Of a stretch of 41,894 nucleotides of DNA, positions 30,070-38,507 are shown one piece after another. Under the pieces are notes generated by a model, which saw only the letters and a program-made list of their open reading frames with translations, was not told the DNA's origin and did no database searches. Where the stretch lies: contig JAJRTR010000192.1 of the NCBI GenBank assembly GCA_024278215.1, positions 1-41,894 of the forward strand, given 5' to 3'. This stretch comes from a bacterium (GTDB lineage Bacteria; UBP15; UBA6099; JAJRTR01). Each line of letters starts with the position of its first letter. The first letter of the stretch is position 1. The position numbers were made by a program, and so were the translations under genes.

Positions 30070-30768
30070 ATGGGATTGTTGTCCGAATCCATATCGAGCG
30101 CGATAGCGCTGATTGCGAACTGCGAGCCGGAAGTGATGTCCGCCGTCGGCACTTCGCTTATCGTATCAGTTAACTCGACGCTGCTCGCCGCGCTTGCCGG
30201 TGTACCGGCCGGCTTCTATTTCGGCACACACAATTTCCGCGGCAAGTCCATTCTCACCGCCTCACTGCATACTCTCACCGCGATGCCCACAGTCGTTGTC
30301 GGGCTCATTGCCTACAGCGCGTTCACCGCGCGCGGCCCGCTCGGCGGCATGAGTATGCTTTACACTCGCACGGCGATGGTTTTCGGACTTTTCCTTTTGA
30401 TCATACCTCTTATGACATCGCTTTCACTGGCGGCAACACAGAGCATCCACACTGGGATTCGCGACACTGCCCTGACACTCGGTGCAACGCCTTTTCAGGC
30501 GGCTATGGCAGTTTTCCGGGAAGGCCGCTTCGCATATCTCACGGCGGTGGCTACGTGTTTCGGACGCTCGATAGGCGAGGTCGGCGTGGCCATGATGCTG
30601 GGCGGCAACATCAAAGGCGTCACGCGCACTATGACCACCGCGCTCGCGCTCGAGACGGAAAAGGGTGAGTTCCCGGTGGCTGTCGCGCTGGGTATGATCC
30701 TGCTCGTGATCGCGCTCTGCGTCAACGCGCTGCTGCATTTCCTGAAAGCGAGGTCGGAGAGAATATGA
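30070..30768 (+). CDS. tupB: Tungstate ABC transporter permease
   Basis: PTVVVGL, GPLG and FGRSIGEVGVAMMLGGNIKGVTRTMTTA; follows tupA. Confidence 0.92.
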   Translation: MGLLSESISSAIALIANCEPEVMSAVGTSLIVSVNSTLLAALAGVPAGFYFGTHNFRGKSILTASLHTLTAMPTVVVGLIAYSAFTARGPLGGMSMLYTRTAMVFGLFLLIIPLMTSLSLAATQSIHTGIRDTALTLGATPFQAAMAVFREGRFAYLTAVATCFGRSIGEVGVAMMLGGNIKGVTRTMTTALALETEKGEFPVAVALGMILLVIALCVNALLHFLKARSERI

Positions 30769-31472
30769 GCGAAAATGCTCTCTTTGAACTTCGCAACGCG
30801 CGGCTCGGCTATGAGAACACGACTGTGCTCGAGGCGCGTGATTTCACTTTCAGCAAATCAGGCGTGTACGCGCTTCTCGGACCTAACGGATCAGGAAAAA
30901 CAACGCTGTTGCGCGCGCTTGCCGGGCTGCACAGGCCTTCGCGCGGGCACATACTTCTCGACGGTCTGAAAATATATCGCGGTATAAGAGGCCCCGCAGC
31001 CGTCGAGACGCGCCGTCGCATGACACTTGTCGCACAGTCTCCGGTTATCTTCGATGCAAGCCTGTTATACAATGTTGCTTACGGACTCAGGATACGCGGC
31101 GTGGGTGCCGCGACGGCGGCGGAGCGGGCGAGAGCGGCAATCGACAAAGTCGGACTCGCCGGTCTCGAACACAGGAACGCGCTGCATCTCTCCGGCGGCG
31201 AAGCACAGAGAGCCGCTATCGCACGGGCAATTGTCCTGAAAACCGGGATAGTCTTACTCGACGAACCCACGGGGAATGTGGACGTGGAAAACACAGCGAT
31301 TATTGAAAGTATTATTCGCGACGTTTCCGAGCGCGCCGGCGTCACCATTATCTTTTCCACGCACAGCAGACGCCAGGCACAGCGACTGGCGAATCATGCC
31401 GTACACTTCGCGCGTGGCCGGCTGAAACTCGAATCGCCCGACAGGCCGGCCGGTTACCTCTGGGATTCGTAG
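30765..31472 (+). CDS. tupC: Tungstate ABC transporter ATPase
   Basis: GPNGSGKT, LSGGE and LLDEPT motifs; ATGA overlap with tupB. Confidence 0.9.
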   Translation: MSENALFELRNARLGYENTTVLEARDFTFSKSGVYALLGPNGSGKTTLLRALAGLHRPSRGHILLDGLKIYRGIRGPAAVETRRRMTLVAQSPVIFDASLLYNVAYGLRIRGVGAATAAERARAAIDKVGLAGLEHRNALHLSGGEAQRAAIARAIVLKTGIVLLDEPTGNVDVENTAIIESIIRDVSERAGVTIIFSTHSRRQAQRLANHAVHFARGRLKLESPDRPAGYLWDS

Positions 31473-31508
31473 TGTCATGTCACACTTGTAAATGCGCAAG
31501 ATGTGCTC

Positions 31509-31601
31509 AGGCGCGGGCACCGTACCCCGCCTGTGCATATTTCTCGCGAAAACGGTTTGTACAGGCACAAGTTGAGGCGGGGTACGGTGCCCCCGCCCTA
31601 C
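31509..31601. repeat. GTAG-type REP doublet (REPIN-like)
   Basis: Inverted pair GGCGCGGGCACCGTACCCCGCC...GGCGGGGTACGGTGCCCCCGCCCTAC between convergent genes; spacer shared with the element at 24131. Confidence 0.8.
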
Positions 31602-31795
31602 ACTTTTTCCGTTCCTTCAACCACATTATTTTCTTACGTCTTTTCATCGTTGACACGACAACAGGGTGCCATGCAGTTTAAGTGTTCCTTCTTTTGTATA
31701 TGATAATCGTAACTATACGTATGCAATTCCAAATAAAACCGGGTAGTCTTCATTTTCCCCTGCCGGAACTTATCATGGATGTCACCGGAATACCT

Positions 31796-32434
31796 TCAAT
31801 GCAAGTCGAAGCCGAGCCGGTCGCGTACAATTTCCACGATGGTTTCCGCGATGTCGTCACGGTTGCCGACTGCTTTCACCTTTACAAAATTATAGTCGTC
31901 CATAGCATCGAAGTTTTCCTTGACTTTCTTAAGGAACTCTTCTTTTTCGTAACCGACGTTCGCGCCGCCCTCGCGCTGTTCGCGGATGCGTTCGACCCCC
32001 CGGCGGGGTTCGATGTCGAGGTAGATCACGAGGTCGGGTTTGGGAAACACGTTTATCACTTCGTTCTGCCGCCGGATTTCCGCCCGGTCGAGCCCGAGCG
32101 CGCCCTGGTAGGCGATTGTCGAGTAGTAATACCTGTCGCATATCACGACTTTGCCCGCGTCGAGCGCAGGTCGAATGACTTCATCGACATGCTGCCGGCG
32201 GTCGTTGACAAAAAAACTCATTTCCTCATCGGGTGTGATGTTGTCGCGGCCTTTCGCGGCTATTTCCCTGATCTTCCTGCCCCAGGGGCCGTCTGTGGGT
32301 TCACGTGTGAATACGGTGTCTATGCCCGCCCTGCGAAAAGCGTCTCTGAGGCACTTGCATTGCGTTGTCTTGCCCGAGCCGTCCAGCCCTTCGAATACGA
32401 TGAAAAAACCTTCTGTAAGTCTTTTGAGTTTCAT
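31796..32434 (-). CDS. tmk: Thymidylate (dTMP) kinase
   Basis: FEGLDGSGKTT, TREP, DRYYYSTIAYQG and PDL motifs. Confidence 0.95.
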   Translation of the reverse strand: MKLKRLTEGFFIVFEGLDGSGKTTQCKCLRDAFRRAGIDTVFTREPTDGPWGRKIREIAAKGRDNITPDEEMSFFVNDRRQHVDEVIRPALDAGKVVICDRYYYSTIAYQGALGLDRAEIRRQNEVINVFPKPDLVIYLDIEPRRGVERIREQREGGANVGYEKEEFLKKVKENFDAMDDYNFVKVKAVGNRDDIAETIVEIVRDRLGFDLH

Positions 32435-32523
32435 AGTATTCCCTGTTTTCTATTGCGTTCCCGCCGTGGATGGAGGGAACGATAAAAGGGATGAAAAAAC
32501 AGCGGAAACGACGAATAATAAAG

Positions 32524-32907
32524 TCATTCTTCCTCTTTATCTTCCACAAGTTGGATCATGACATTGTCCGGCGCTTTGATGAAAGCGGTCTTGCGTGTCG
32601 GCCTGATCTGGAAAGGCGGGATCAGGAACTCCGCGCCGCGCGCAGTGAGTTCTTCAGCGTCTTTCTCGATGTCGTCGGACTCGAAGGCCAGGTGTGAGAG
32701 TCCTACTTCCGGCGGCCCGGCGGGCATCTGCGGCGCCACTTTGATCTCTTCGAGTTCGAGCTGAAACGCGTCTTTGCCGACAAATATGCAACGCTTGCCG
32801 AGTATCTCGACCTCGAAAAGTTTCTCGAGTCCGATGACTTCCGTGTAGTATTTAAAACTGGCGTCGACATCGACACACTTTATGCCCGAATGATTGAATT
32901 TCAACAT
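32524..32907 (-). CDS. VOC/glyoxalase-family protein
   Basis: FNHSGI, LELE, GLSHLAF and AFIKAPDNVMIQL motifs. Confidence 0.88.
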   Translation of the reverse strand: MLKFNHSGIKCVDVDASFKYYTEVIGLEKLFEVEILGKRCIFVGKDAFQLELEEIKVAPQMPAGPPEVGLSHLAFESDDIEKDAEELTARGAEFLIPPFQIRPTRKTAFIKAPDNVMIQLVEDKEEE

Positions 32908-32982
32908 AGCGGTTACCTCGTTTCATTTTACTGAAAAGAATACCCCGATGCTTGCCGCGGGGGGCTTCATTCGACGGCTGTA

Positions 32983-33035
32983 TGAAAAGGGGCAGGCAGC
33001 ACTGGAAAACGCTGCTGTGCGCCCCTGTTTTTCTT
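32983..33035. terminator. Possible hairpin terminator or processing stem after the aminotransferase gene
   Basis: Imperfect stem AGGGGCAGGCAGC...GCTGCTGTGCGCCCCT flanked by A and T runs. Confidence 0.4.
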
Positions 33036-34266
33036 ATTGCAGTCCCTTGACGACTTTGAATCCGGCGTCTGCCGCTTCGACAGTCTTATTGATGTCGTCT
33101 TCGGTGTGGCCTGCGCATATAAACCAGTTATGGTGCGGGTGGAGGAAGATGCCTCGCTTGATCATCTCGCCGCAGAAGGCGCGGCTCCACTGGAATCCGC
33201 TGTCGCCCTCGATAGTCATGAAGGGAATCGCCGGTGGGCCGGACCACTTGATCTTCTGCCCGTTGGACTCGGCGACTTCGATCATGCCGTCGCGCAGTTT
33301 TTCGCCAAGTTCACGCACCTTGTCGATGACGCCCTCGGTGCGGATGATCTCGAGTGTGCAGAGCGCGGCGGCCATTGGCTGGGCGCTGTAGAAGTGTGTG
33401 CCGGAGAAGTATACCTGCTTGGCGGCGGGAAACATTTTTTCCGTGCCGTAGGCGACCGAAATCGGGTATCCGTTCGCCATGCCTTTGCCGATCGTCACCA
33501 GGTCGGGTTTCGCGCCGAAGTACTCGCTGGAGCCCTCGAATTGCAGCCTGTAGCAACAGCGGATGTCGTCGAGAATGAAGACGATATTATGCTCGTCGCA
33601 GAGTTTGCGCACCTCGTCGTAGAAGCCGTCCACAGGCAGTTCGATGTCGCTGAACACCTCGTGACGCATGGGTGTAAGGATGATGGCCGCCAGTTCGTCC
33701 TTATATTTGTCGACAGCTTTTTGCAGGCTTTTGATATTGTTGTATTCGAAATTCACGACACCGGAATGGTGTTCGTTGGGCACGCCCGTGGTTATCGGCA
33801 CGCACCAAGAATGAAAGCCGTGATATGAACCGGAAGCCATAAGTATTTTCTTCTTTTTCGTGTGAACACGCGCCGCATTGGTGCACCATGTGGTGACATC
33901 GGAGCCGTTCTTTGCGAATATCACCCAGTCGGCCAGCGGAGTGTTGTCCGTGAGATACTCGGCGAGTTCCACCCACCTGTCCATCGGCATCGTCATCAGA
34001 CCGCCGCGGCTCATTTGTTCCCTGACCGCTTCATCTACTTTCGGATGCCTGTAGCCCAACAGGTTTGCCCCGAACGAACACATGAAATCGACATATTCGT
34101 TGCCGTCGACGTCGATCGCGTGTCCCATGTTGCCTTCTCTGTAGAAGCACGGGTACTGGCCCGGAACCATAAAATTGGGGTTCCTCGGCCCGAAGATTCC
34201 ATTAGGCACAAGCTTTTCCGCTCTCGCGAACATTTCGTGTGATTTGCTTAAATCGAGTTCTGCCAT
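33034..34266 (-). CDS. Class III PLP aminotransferase (glutamate-1-semialdehyde aminomutase-like)
   Basis: DVDGNEYVD, LLGY, KNGSD, YHG, ILDDIR and PDLVTIGKGMANGYP motifs. Confidence 0.9.
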   Translation of the reverse strand: MAELDLSKSHEMFARAEKLVPNGIFGPRNPNFMVPGQYPCFYREGNMGHAIDVDGNEYVDFMCSFGANLLGYRHPKVDEAVREQMSRGGLMTMPMDRWVELAEYLTDNTPLADWVIFAKNGSDVTTWCTNAARVHTKKKKILMASGSYHGFHSWCVPITTGVPNEHHSGVVNFEYNNIKSLQKAVDKYKDELAAIILTPMRHEVFSDIELPVDGFYDEVRKLCDEHNIVFILDDIRCCYRLQFEGSSEYFGAKPDLVTIGKGMANGYPISVAYGTEKMFPAAKQVYFSGTHFYSAQPMAAALCTLEIIRTEGVIDKVRELGEKLRDGMIEVAESNGQKIKWSGPPAIPFMTIEGDSGFQWSRAFCGEMIKRGIFLHPHHNWFICAGHTEDDINKTVEAADAGFKVVKGLQ

Positions 34267-34383
34267 TTCCTGCCTCCCCTATTCATCGGCGAAAGTTTTA
34301 TCCCCCGCCGATTATGTATAAAATAAACAGTTTTGCGCGTTGCGCTCATATCTGAATTTACAGCAATATTATGCCAATCCCTT

Positions 34384-35136
34384 TCACTCATCTTTATTGT
34401 TCATTTTCTCCGCCACCGCCGACAGCGGGAACGCCTCGGCGAAGTTGTCTGCTTCGATGTCGAGACCGTTTTCCATAGAACAGCAAAGACCTCCGACAAC
34501 AGCATCTTTTATGAGCCGCACCGAATGAGCGGGCATTTTCGCGAGCCGCGCCGCGAGCGTCATCGCCTCGGCGAGCGCTTCGCCTCGCGGAACGACTTTG
34601 TTAACAAGGCCGATTTCCGCCGCGCGCGGCGCCCTGATCCTGCCGCCGGCGAGCATCAGTTCGAGCGCGATATTTTTGCCGGTCACTCGCGGTATCACCT
34701 GTGTGCCGCGCCAGCCGGGTATGAGTCCATGGTTTATCTCGGGCATCCCGATAGCACTGTTCTCCGCCGCGATCACGATGTCGCACGAAAGCATCAACTC
34801 GCACCCGCCGCCAAATGCGTAGCCCTCGACCGCCGCCACTACAGGCTTCGGAAACCGCTCGATCCTTCCGAATACTTCCTGCCCCGCCCTGACGAAATCT
34901 TCTATCTGCGCCCCGGTATCGAATCCCGCTTCGAGATCGGCGCCCGCGCAGAATGCTTTACCGCCCGCGCCTGTCAGCACCACCGCGCGCACATCCGTGT
35001 CTTCAGCAAGCGCGTCGAACACCTCGCCCAGCTCACGGACCGTCACCGCGCCCAGCGCGTTGCGTGCCTCGTGCCTGTTGATCGTCACAACAGCGACATC
35101 CTTTTCTTTTTCCACAATCAGGTGTTCGAAGTCCAC
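34384..35136 (-). CDS. Enoyl-CoA hydratase/isomerase
   Basis: AFCAGADL, GYAFGGGCEL and GMPEINHGLIPG motifs. GTG start follows GGGAG. Confidence 0.92.
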   Translation of the reverse strand: MDFEHLIVEKEKDVAVVTINRHEARNALGAVTVRELGEVFDALAEDTDVRAVVLTGAGGKAFCAGADLEAGFDTGAQIEDFVRAGQEVFGRIERFPKPVVAAVEGYAFGGGCELMLSCDIVIAAENSAIGMPEINHGLIPGWRGTQVIPRVTGKNIALELMLAGGRIRAPRAAEIGLVNKVVPRGEALAEAMTLAARLAKMPAHSVRLIKDAVVGGLCCSMENGLDIEADNFAEAFPLSAVAEKMNNKDE

Positions 35137-35363
35137 TTGGCAATCACTCCCGCCGAAGATTTTCATACCACTTGAACAGTATATCAATACTGGTTCACGT
35201 TACATATATCGGCGCAAAATAAATGCGGCAACTTTTCTGTAATCTTAGATCAAAGTATAAGAAAAATCAAAAAACGGCAAAAATAAAAGTTACAGAATGT
35301 GCGAACTGGTTGCATAGACGGATGGTTTTGGATTAGAATTGTGTAAACAAAAAGTATTGAACG

Positions 35364-35678
35364 ATGGAGAAAACAGAAATGAAAAACTTACCGGTAGGGT
35401 TCAGGATTCTGCACTGGGTCATCATCGTAAATTTCCTGATGCAGATAGGATACGGCGGCTATATGGTGTTTTTCGGACTGTCCGACGACGACGAGGATAA
35501 GAAACCGCTGTTCGGGAGAGCGAACGAGTTTGATTTCGAAACGATGATGACGCGGCGGATGTATGCGAGCGAAACGTGGATAGCAATCTCGGGACTGTCG
35601 TGCTACCTGGGCGCGACGGAGATATTGCCCCGTCTCCTGAAGTCGAACACAAGAGGCATCCTGCGCATGCTGTTCTGA
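35364..35678 (+). CDS. Small hypothetical membrane protein
   Basis: Two hydrophobic segments; fills the gap between flanking genes. Confidence 0.7.
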   Translation: MEKTEMKNLPVGFRILHWVIIVNFLMQIGYGGYMVFFGLSDDDEDKKPLFGRANEFDFETMMTRRMYASETWIAISGLSCYLGATEILPRLLKSNTRGILRMLF

Positions 35679-35695
35679 AGATGCCCGCCACAAAG

Positions 35696-35736
35696 TAAAA
35701 AGGAACCCCGGTATGATTTGCCGGAGCCCCTTTTTA
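35696..35736. terminator. Probable bidirectional terminator
   Basis: AAAAAGG...CCGG...CCGG...CCTTTTT between convergent genes. Confidence 0.6.
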
Positions 35737-35792
35737 TTCTTTCTTAAATTCGTTATTGCTCTGCTTTTACCGATGCCTAAGCATCTTTATCT

Positions 35793-37370
35793 TCACATGC
35801 CATGCGCCGAAATCAGGTTGAGAACCGAAGTCGGCATCGCATTAGCCTGCATTGCTATAGCTTGTGCGGAATTCATGAGTACTTGCTCTCTAGCCATTTT
35901 TGTACCGTACTGTGCGAAGTCGGTATCAACAATCCTCGAATTTGTTGCTTTAGTGTTAATGTATTCCGTCTGGTAGTCATCGATCATGTGCTCGATCTGG
36001 TTCATGATATGACCTGTTACCGCGCGTTCATTGGAAATGAAGTCTATGCCGGCCTGAGCAGTATCGATGGATTTCTGTGCGTTTGCCACTGTAGTGAGTG
36101 AGACTGAGCCGAGACCTGTAGTTGTCGCGGTGACAGTTTTGAACTGGAGTTCTTCCATGTCTCCATTGTCCGGCCCGTACTGCATCTTCAGCTTGTACGG
36201 TCCGCCGAGCCCCTGCATCTTGTCCGCCAGTGTTGTCATCCATTGACCCGGGTTATCAAGAGTTACATCCTGCCCGCCTGTGGCATCTACGACATCAATA
36301 TAGTCAGGATCGATTCCGTTGCGTCCTACGGGTGTGCCACCTGAATTGGATAGATTCGCCGCAGCCCATACCTGGATATTGGGGTCCAGAGAATCGAGTT
36401 TGGCTATCAACTCGTTCTTCAGATACCAGGGAACTTCGTAATTTCCGGTTGCAATTTCATCGCGGCCCGCATCATCTGAATCCTCATCGGTAATAATGAT
36501 GAAGATTTTCTGTGCGTCCGCCCTTAAGTCTGTCGCGCCGGCTGTCGCCGATGGAGCTACGGAAAGCTTGTCCGCAGCCTCATAAGTAGCATCGATACCA
36601 CGCTCATTGCCGCCGCCGAGTGCTCCGGCTATCACATTGACATCGGCCGCGAACGCGGCGGCATTGTCGAAGAACTGCTGAGCGCCGGGGCCGTCGAGAG
36701 CCTCTAAACCGGGGGTGCCGAGCGATTCGGTCGGATCGACTCCGCCATCGCCATCGGTGTCATGTGTCACATCGTTAAATGTTCCGAAACCGAACGCGGC
36801 CATCCGTACATCGAACTTGCGGGCTTCGAGTGCAGTGAACATATCGTCTGCTTTTGAAGCGATCGTTGCAAGCGGCGGTCCCATACTGCCTGTCCGGTCG
36901 AGAACCCATACTACATCTATCTCGCCCGGACCGAAAAGAGTGTGTTGCGGCACCATACTGCCATCATTCGATCTGAGCGTGGAATTCCTGCCTATGTTAT
37001 CGAGAGCACTGGAAAGCGCCTGGGCTTCGTCGTGAAGCTTCTGCCGGTCGTCATCCGTGAGGGTGGCTTCCTGTGCCGCTCGTACCGCCAGGTCTCTCAT
37101 TCTAAGCGCTATCTCCATTTGTTCTACCATCGAGCGGTCCCTCGCTTCACAATAGGTCATAAACTCCTGGAGATTCTGAAGTCCTACGTCTATTCCGCGA
37201 AAATGGGCTTTCAGGCCTTCGGATAATGCGAGGTCTGAGGGTCCGTCCGCACCTCTGTTTATCTGCAGCCCGGATGAAAGCCTCTCGCGGATAGTCTTCA
37301 TGCTGCTCACGCTATCGGCGAACTTCAGATTGTTGTACATTGCTGAGTAATTTGTTACCAGGTTAAACAA
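35793..37370 (-). CDS. Flagellin with an inserted von Willebrand factor A (MIDAS) domain, 525 aa
   Basis: Flagellin N-domain (ERLSSGLQINRGADGPSDLA, RMRDLAVRAA) and C-domain (RAVTG, SRIVDTDFA, MQAN...VLNL) flank DVVWVLDRTGSM...GGGNE...IFIIITDE...ATGG. TTG start lies 10 nt after AAGGAGGTGA. Confidence 0.88.
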   Translation of the reverse strand: MFNLVTNYSAMYNNLKFADSVSSMKTIRERLSSGLQINRGADGPSDLALSEGLKAHFRGIDVGLQNLQEFMTYCEARDRSMVEQMEIALRMRDLAVRAAQEATLTDDDRQKLHDEAQALSSALDNIGRNSTLRSNDGSMVPQHTLFGPGEIDVVWVLDRTGSMGPPLATIASKADDMFTALEARKFDVRMAAFGFGTFNDVTHDTDGDGGVDPTESLGTPGLEALDGPGAQQFFDNAAAFAADVNVIAGALGGGNERGIDATYEAADKLSVAPSATAGATDLRADAQKIFIIITDEDSDDAGRDEIATGNYEVPWYLKNELIAKLDSLDPNIQVWAAANLSNSGGTPVGRNGIDPDYIDVVDATGGQDVTLDNPGQWMTTLADKMQGLGGPYKLKMQYGPDNGDMEELQFKTVTATTTGLGSVSLTTVANAQKSIDTAQAGIDFISNERAVTGHIMNQIEHMIDDYQTEYINTKATNSRIVDTDFAQYGTKMAREQVLMNSAQAIAMQANAMPTSVLNLISAHGM

Positions 37371-37519
37371 TTTTTTTCTCTCACCTCCTTTCCATATCAG
37401 AGTATTGACATGGTGTAAGAATAGTTCACAAGCTTTAAATCCCGATATTAAATTCTTGATTTGCACATGCAGACCGCAGTCGCTGTTTTTCATTGCTATC
37501 ACACAAACAGGCAATAACA

Positions 37520-37546
37520 CCGCATATTTCACCAATGCGGGCTAAA
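37520..37546 (-). repeat. 27-bp palindromic repeat (family B), left arm of inverted pair
   Basis: CCGCATATTTCACCAATGCGGGCTAAA is the exact reverse complement of 38317-38343. Confidence 0.92.
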
Positions 37547-38266
37547 AATCAGGAGAATGCCTGTAATACAAGGCGTGGCAAGTGAGTGGTGATGGAGCAT
37601 ACTGTTTAGTATGTGACCGATCCCGAATCGCTGCCGCAACGAAGTAGAACAGGCGTTATCGCGATTTTCCGGATTTCTTTGTGAGAAATCCGGGATAACA
37701 CTGCACTGATGTAGAAATTCTCTTCATGCGCCGCCCTGGGCCATAACGCTTTCGCCGAATTCGTCCGAAGCCTTCCGGATTATTCGGCACGGCAATCACA
37801 AGCGCAACGCACCGGACGCACTGCTGTTCTGCATAACGCGACACTCAAAAACCACCCAATACCAAAATCTGCCTCTTACACACCATCGCTCCTTTTCCGG
37901 GATAGGCCCGGAATGACAGGCTTAAGTAATCAGCGTATTGCCGCGAAAACAATCGCATAACAGACGTAACGGTTGCGTTTGGATATTTTCGTTGCTCCTC
38001 CATGAGCTGTTGTGTTTGAAGTTCCCTCTTCGTCGGTTCCGGCATTTTCTGAATCACATGAATGAGCCGGACTTATCACCGTCCCTTCCAGTAGCCCGGC
38101 ATCTCCCGTATCCGGGATATGCCCGACTTATCCGACTGCCGATAATCAAGCAGTGGAGCCCGCTGTTTATACAAAAATTGATATGCTTATATAACACCTC
38201 CACACTGTGAACGCAAAATACACATAATCACAGCATGAATGCGCAAAAACTCTATGTCTATCCATG

Positions 38267-38294
38267 TTATCGGCTACTGAACTGGATAACTTTA
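38267..38294 (-). promoter_or_regulatory. Sigma28 (FliA/SigD) promoter facing the VWA-flagellin
   Basis: Minus strand reads TAAA-GTTATCCAGTTCAGTA(16)-GCCGATAA, with consensus -35 and -10 boxes. Confidence 0.8.
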
Positions 38295-38316
38295 TATAAA
38301 TAAGGATATTTATCAA

Positions 38317-38343
38317 TTTAGCCCGCATTGGTGAAATATGCGG
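38317..38343 (+). repeat. 27-bp palindromic repeat (family B), right arm of inverted pair
   Basis: TTTAGCCCGCATTGGTGAAATATGCGG, with self-complementary arms TAGCCCGCAT / ATGCGGGTTA around an asymmetric core. Confidence 0.92.
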
Positions 38344-38352
38344 GTTAGCAAT

Positions 38353-38413
38353 AGCCAGTTGCAAAATTATGTTCGTAGCGAGGTCTCGTTAAAACATATT
38401 TTGAAAGCAGCTC
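38353..38413 (+). mobile_element. Internally deleted remnant of MITE family A
   Basis: AGCCAGTTGCAAAATTATGTTCGTAGCGAGGTC matches the left end of 23926-24105 with 1 mismatch; the right end is degenerate. Confidence 0.7.
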
Positions 38414-38507
38414 GAATTATTTCCTTGCGTTTATCATCGTTGACGTGCACTACGGTACACTCTCATATCCCAGTCCCCATATACCAAGTGGAAACATTGA
38501 GCTTTTG

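Noticed and set aside
31472-31703. Cys-rich small ORFs after tupC (and similar ones at 23905-24342) as peptide precursors
   Set aside because: They are translations of REP/MITE sequence; the same HISRENGLYRHKLRRG peptide recurs at both REP loci.
32938-32971. IS200/IS605-like end hairpin (TACCCCGATGCTTGCCGCGGGG)
   Set aside because: A single short imperfect stem with no tnpA/tnpB or second copy in the window.
37410-37440. Proximal sigma28 promoter for the VWA-flagellin
   Set aside because: A minus-strand TAAAG is present but no CCGAT -10 box follows at a suitable spacing.
37371-37535. 55-aa N-terminal extension of the VWA-flagellin given by the ORF track
   Set aside because: That start (MVKYA, also seen at 16805) comes from the 27-bp repeat. 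A strong RBS precedes TTG 37370, where flagellin similarity begins.
38118-38145. Opposing plus-strand sigma28 promoter inside the putative invertible segment
   Set aside because: GCCGATAA is present at 38138-38145 but there is no convincing TAAA -35, so it is not called.
37656-38364. Small ORFs inside the inverted-repeat segment as a recombinase
   Set aside because: All are 90 aa or shorter and lack serine or tyrosine recombinase motifs.
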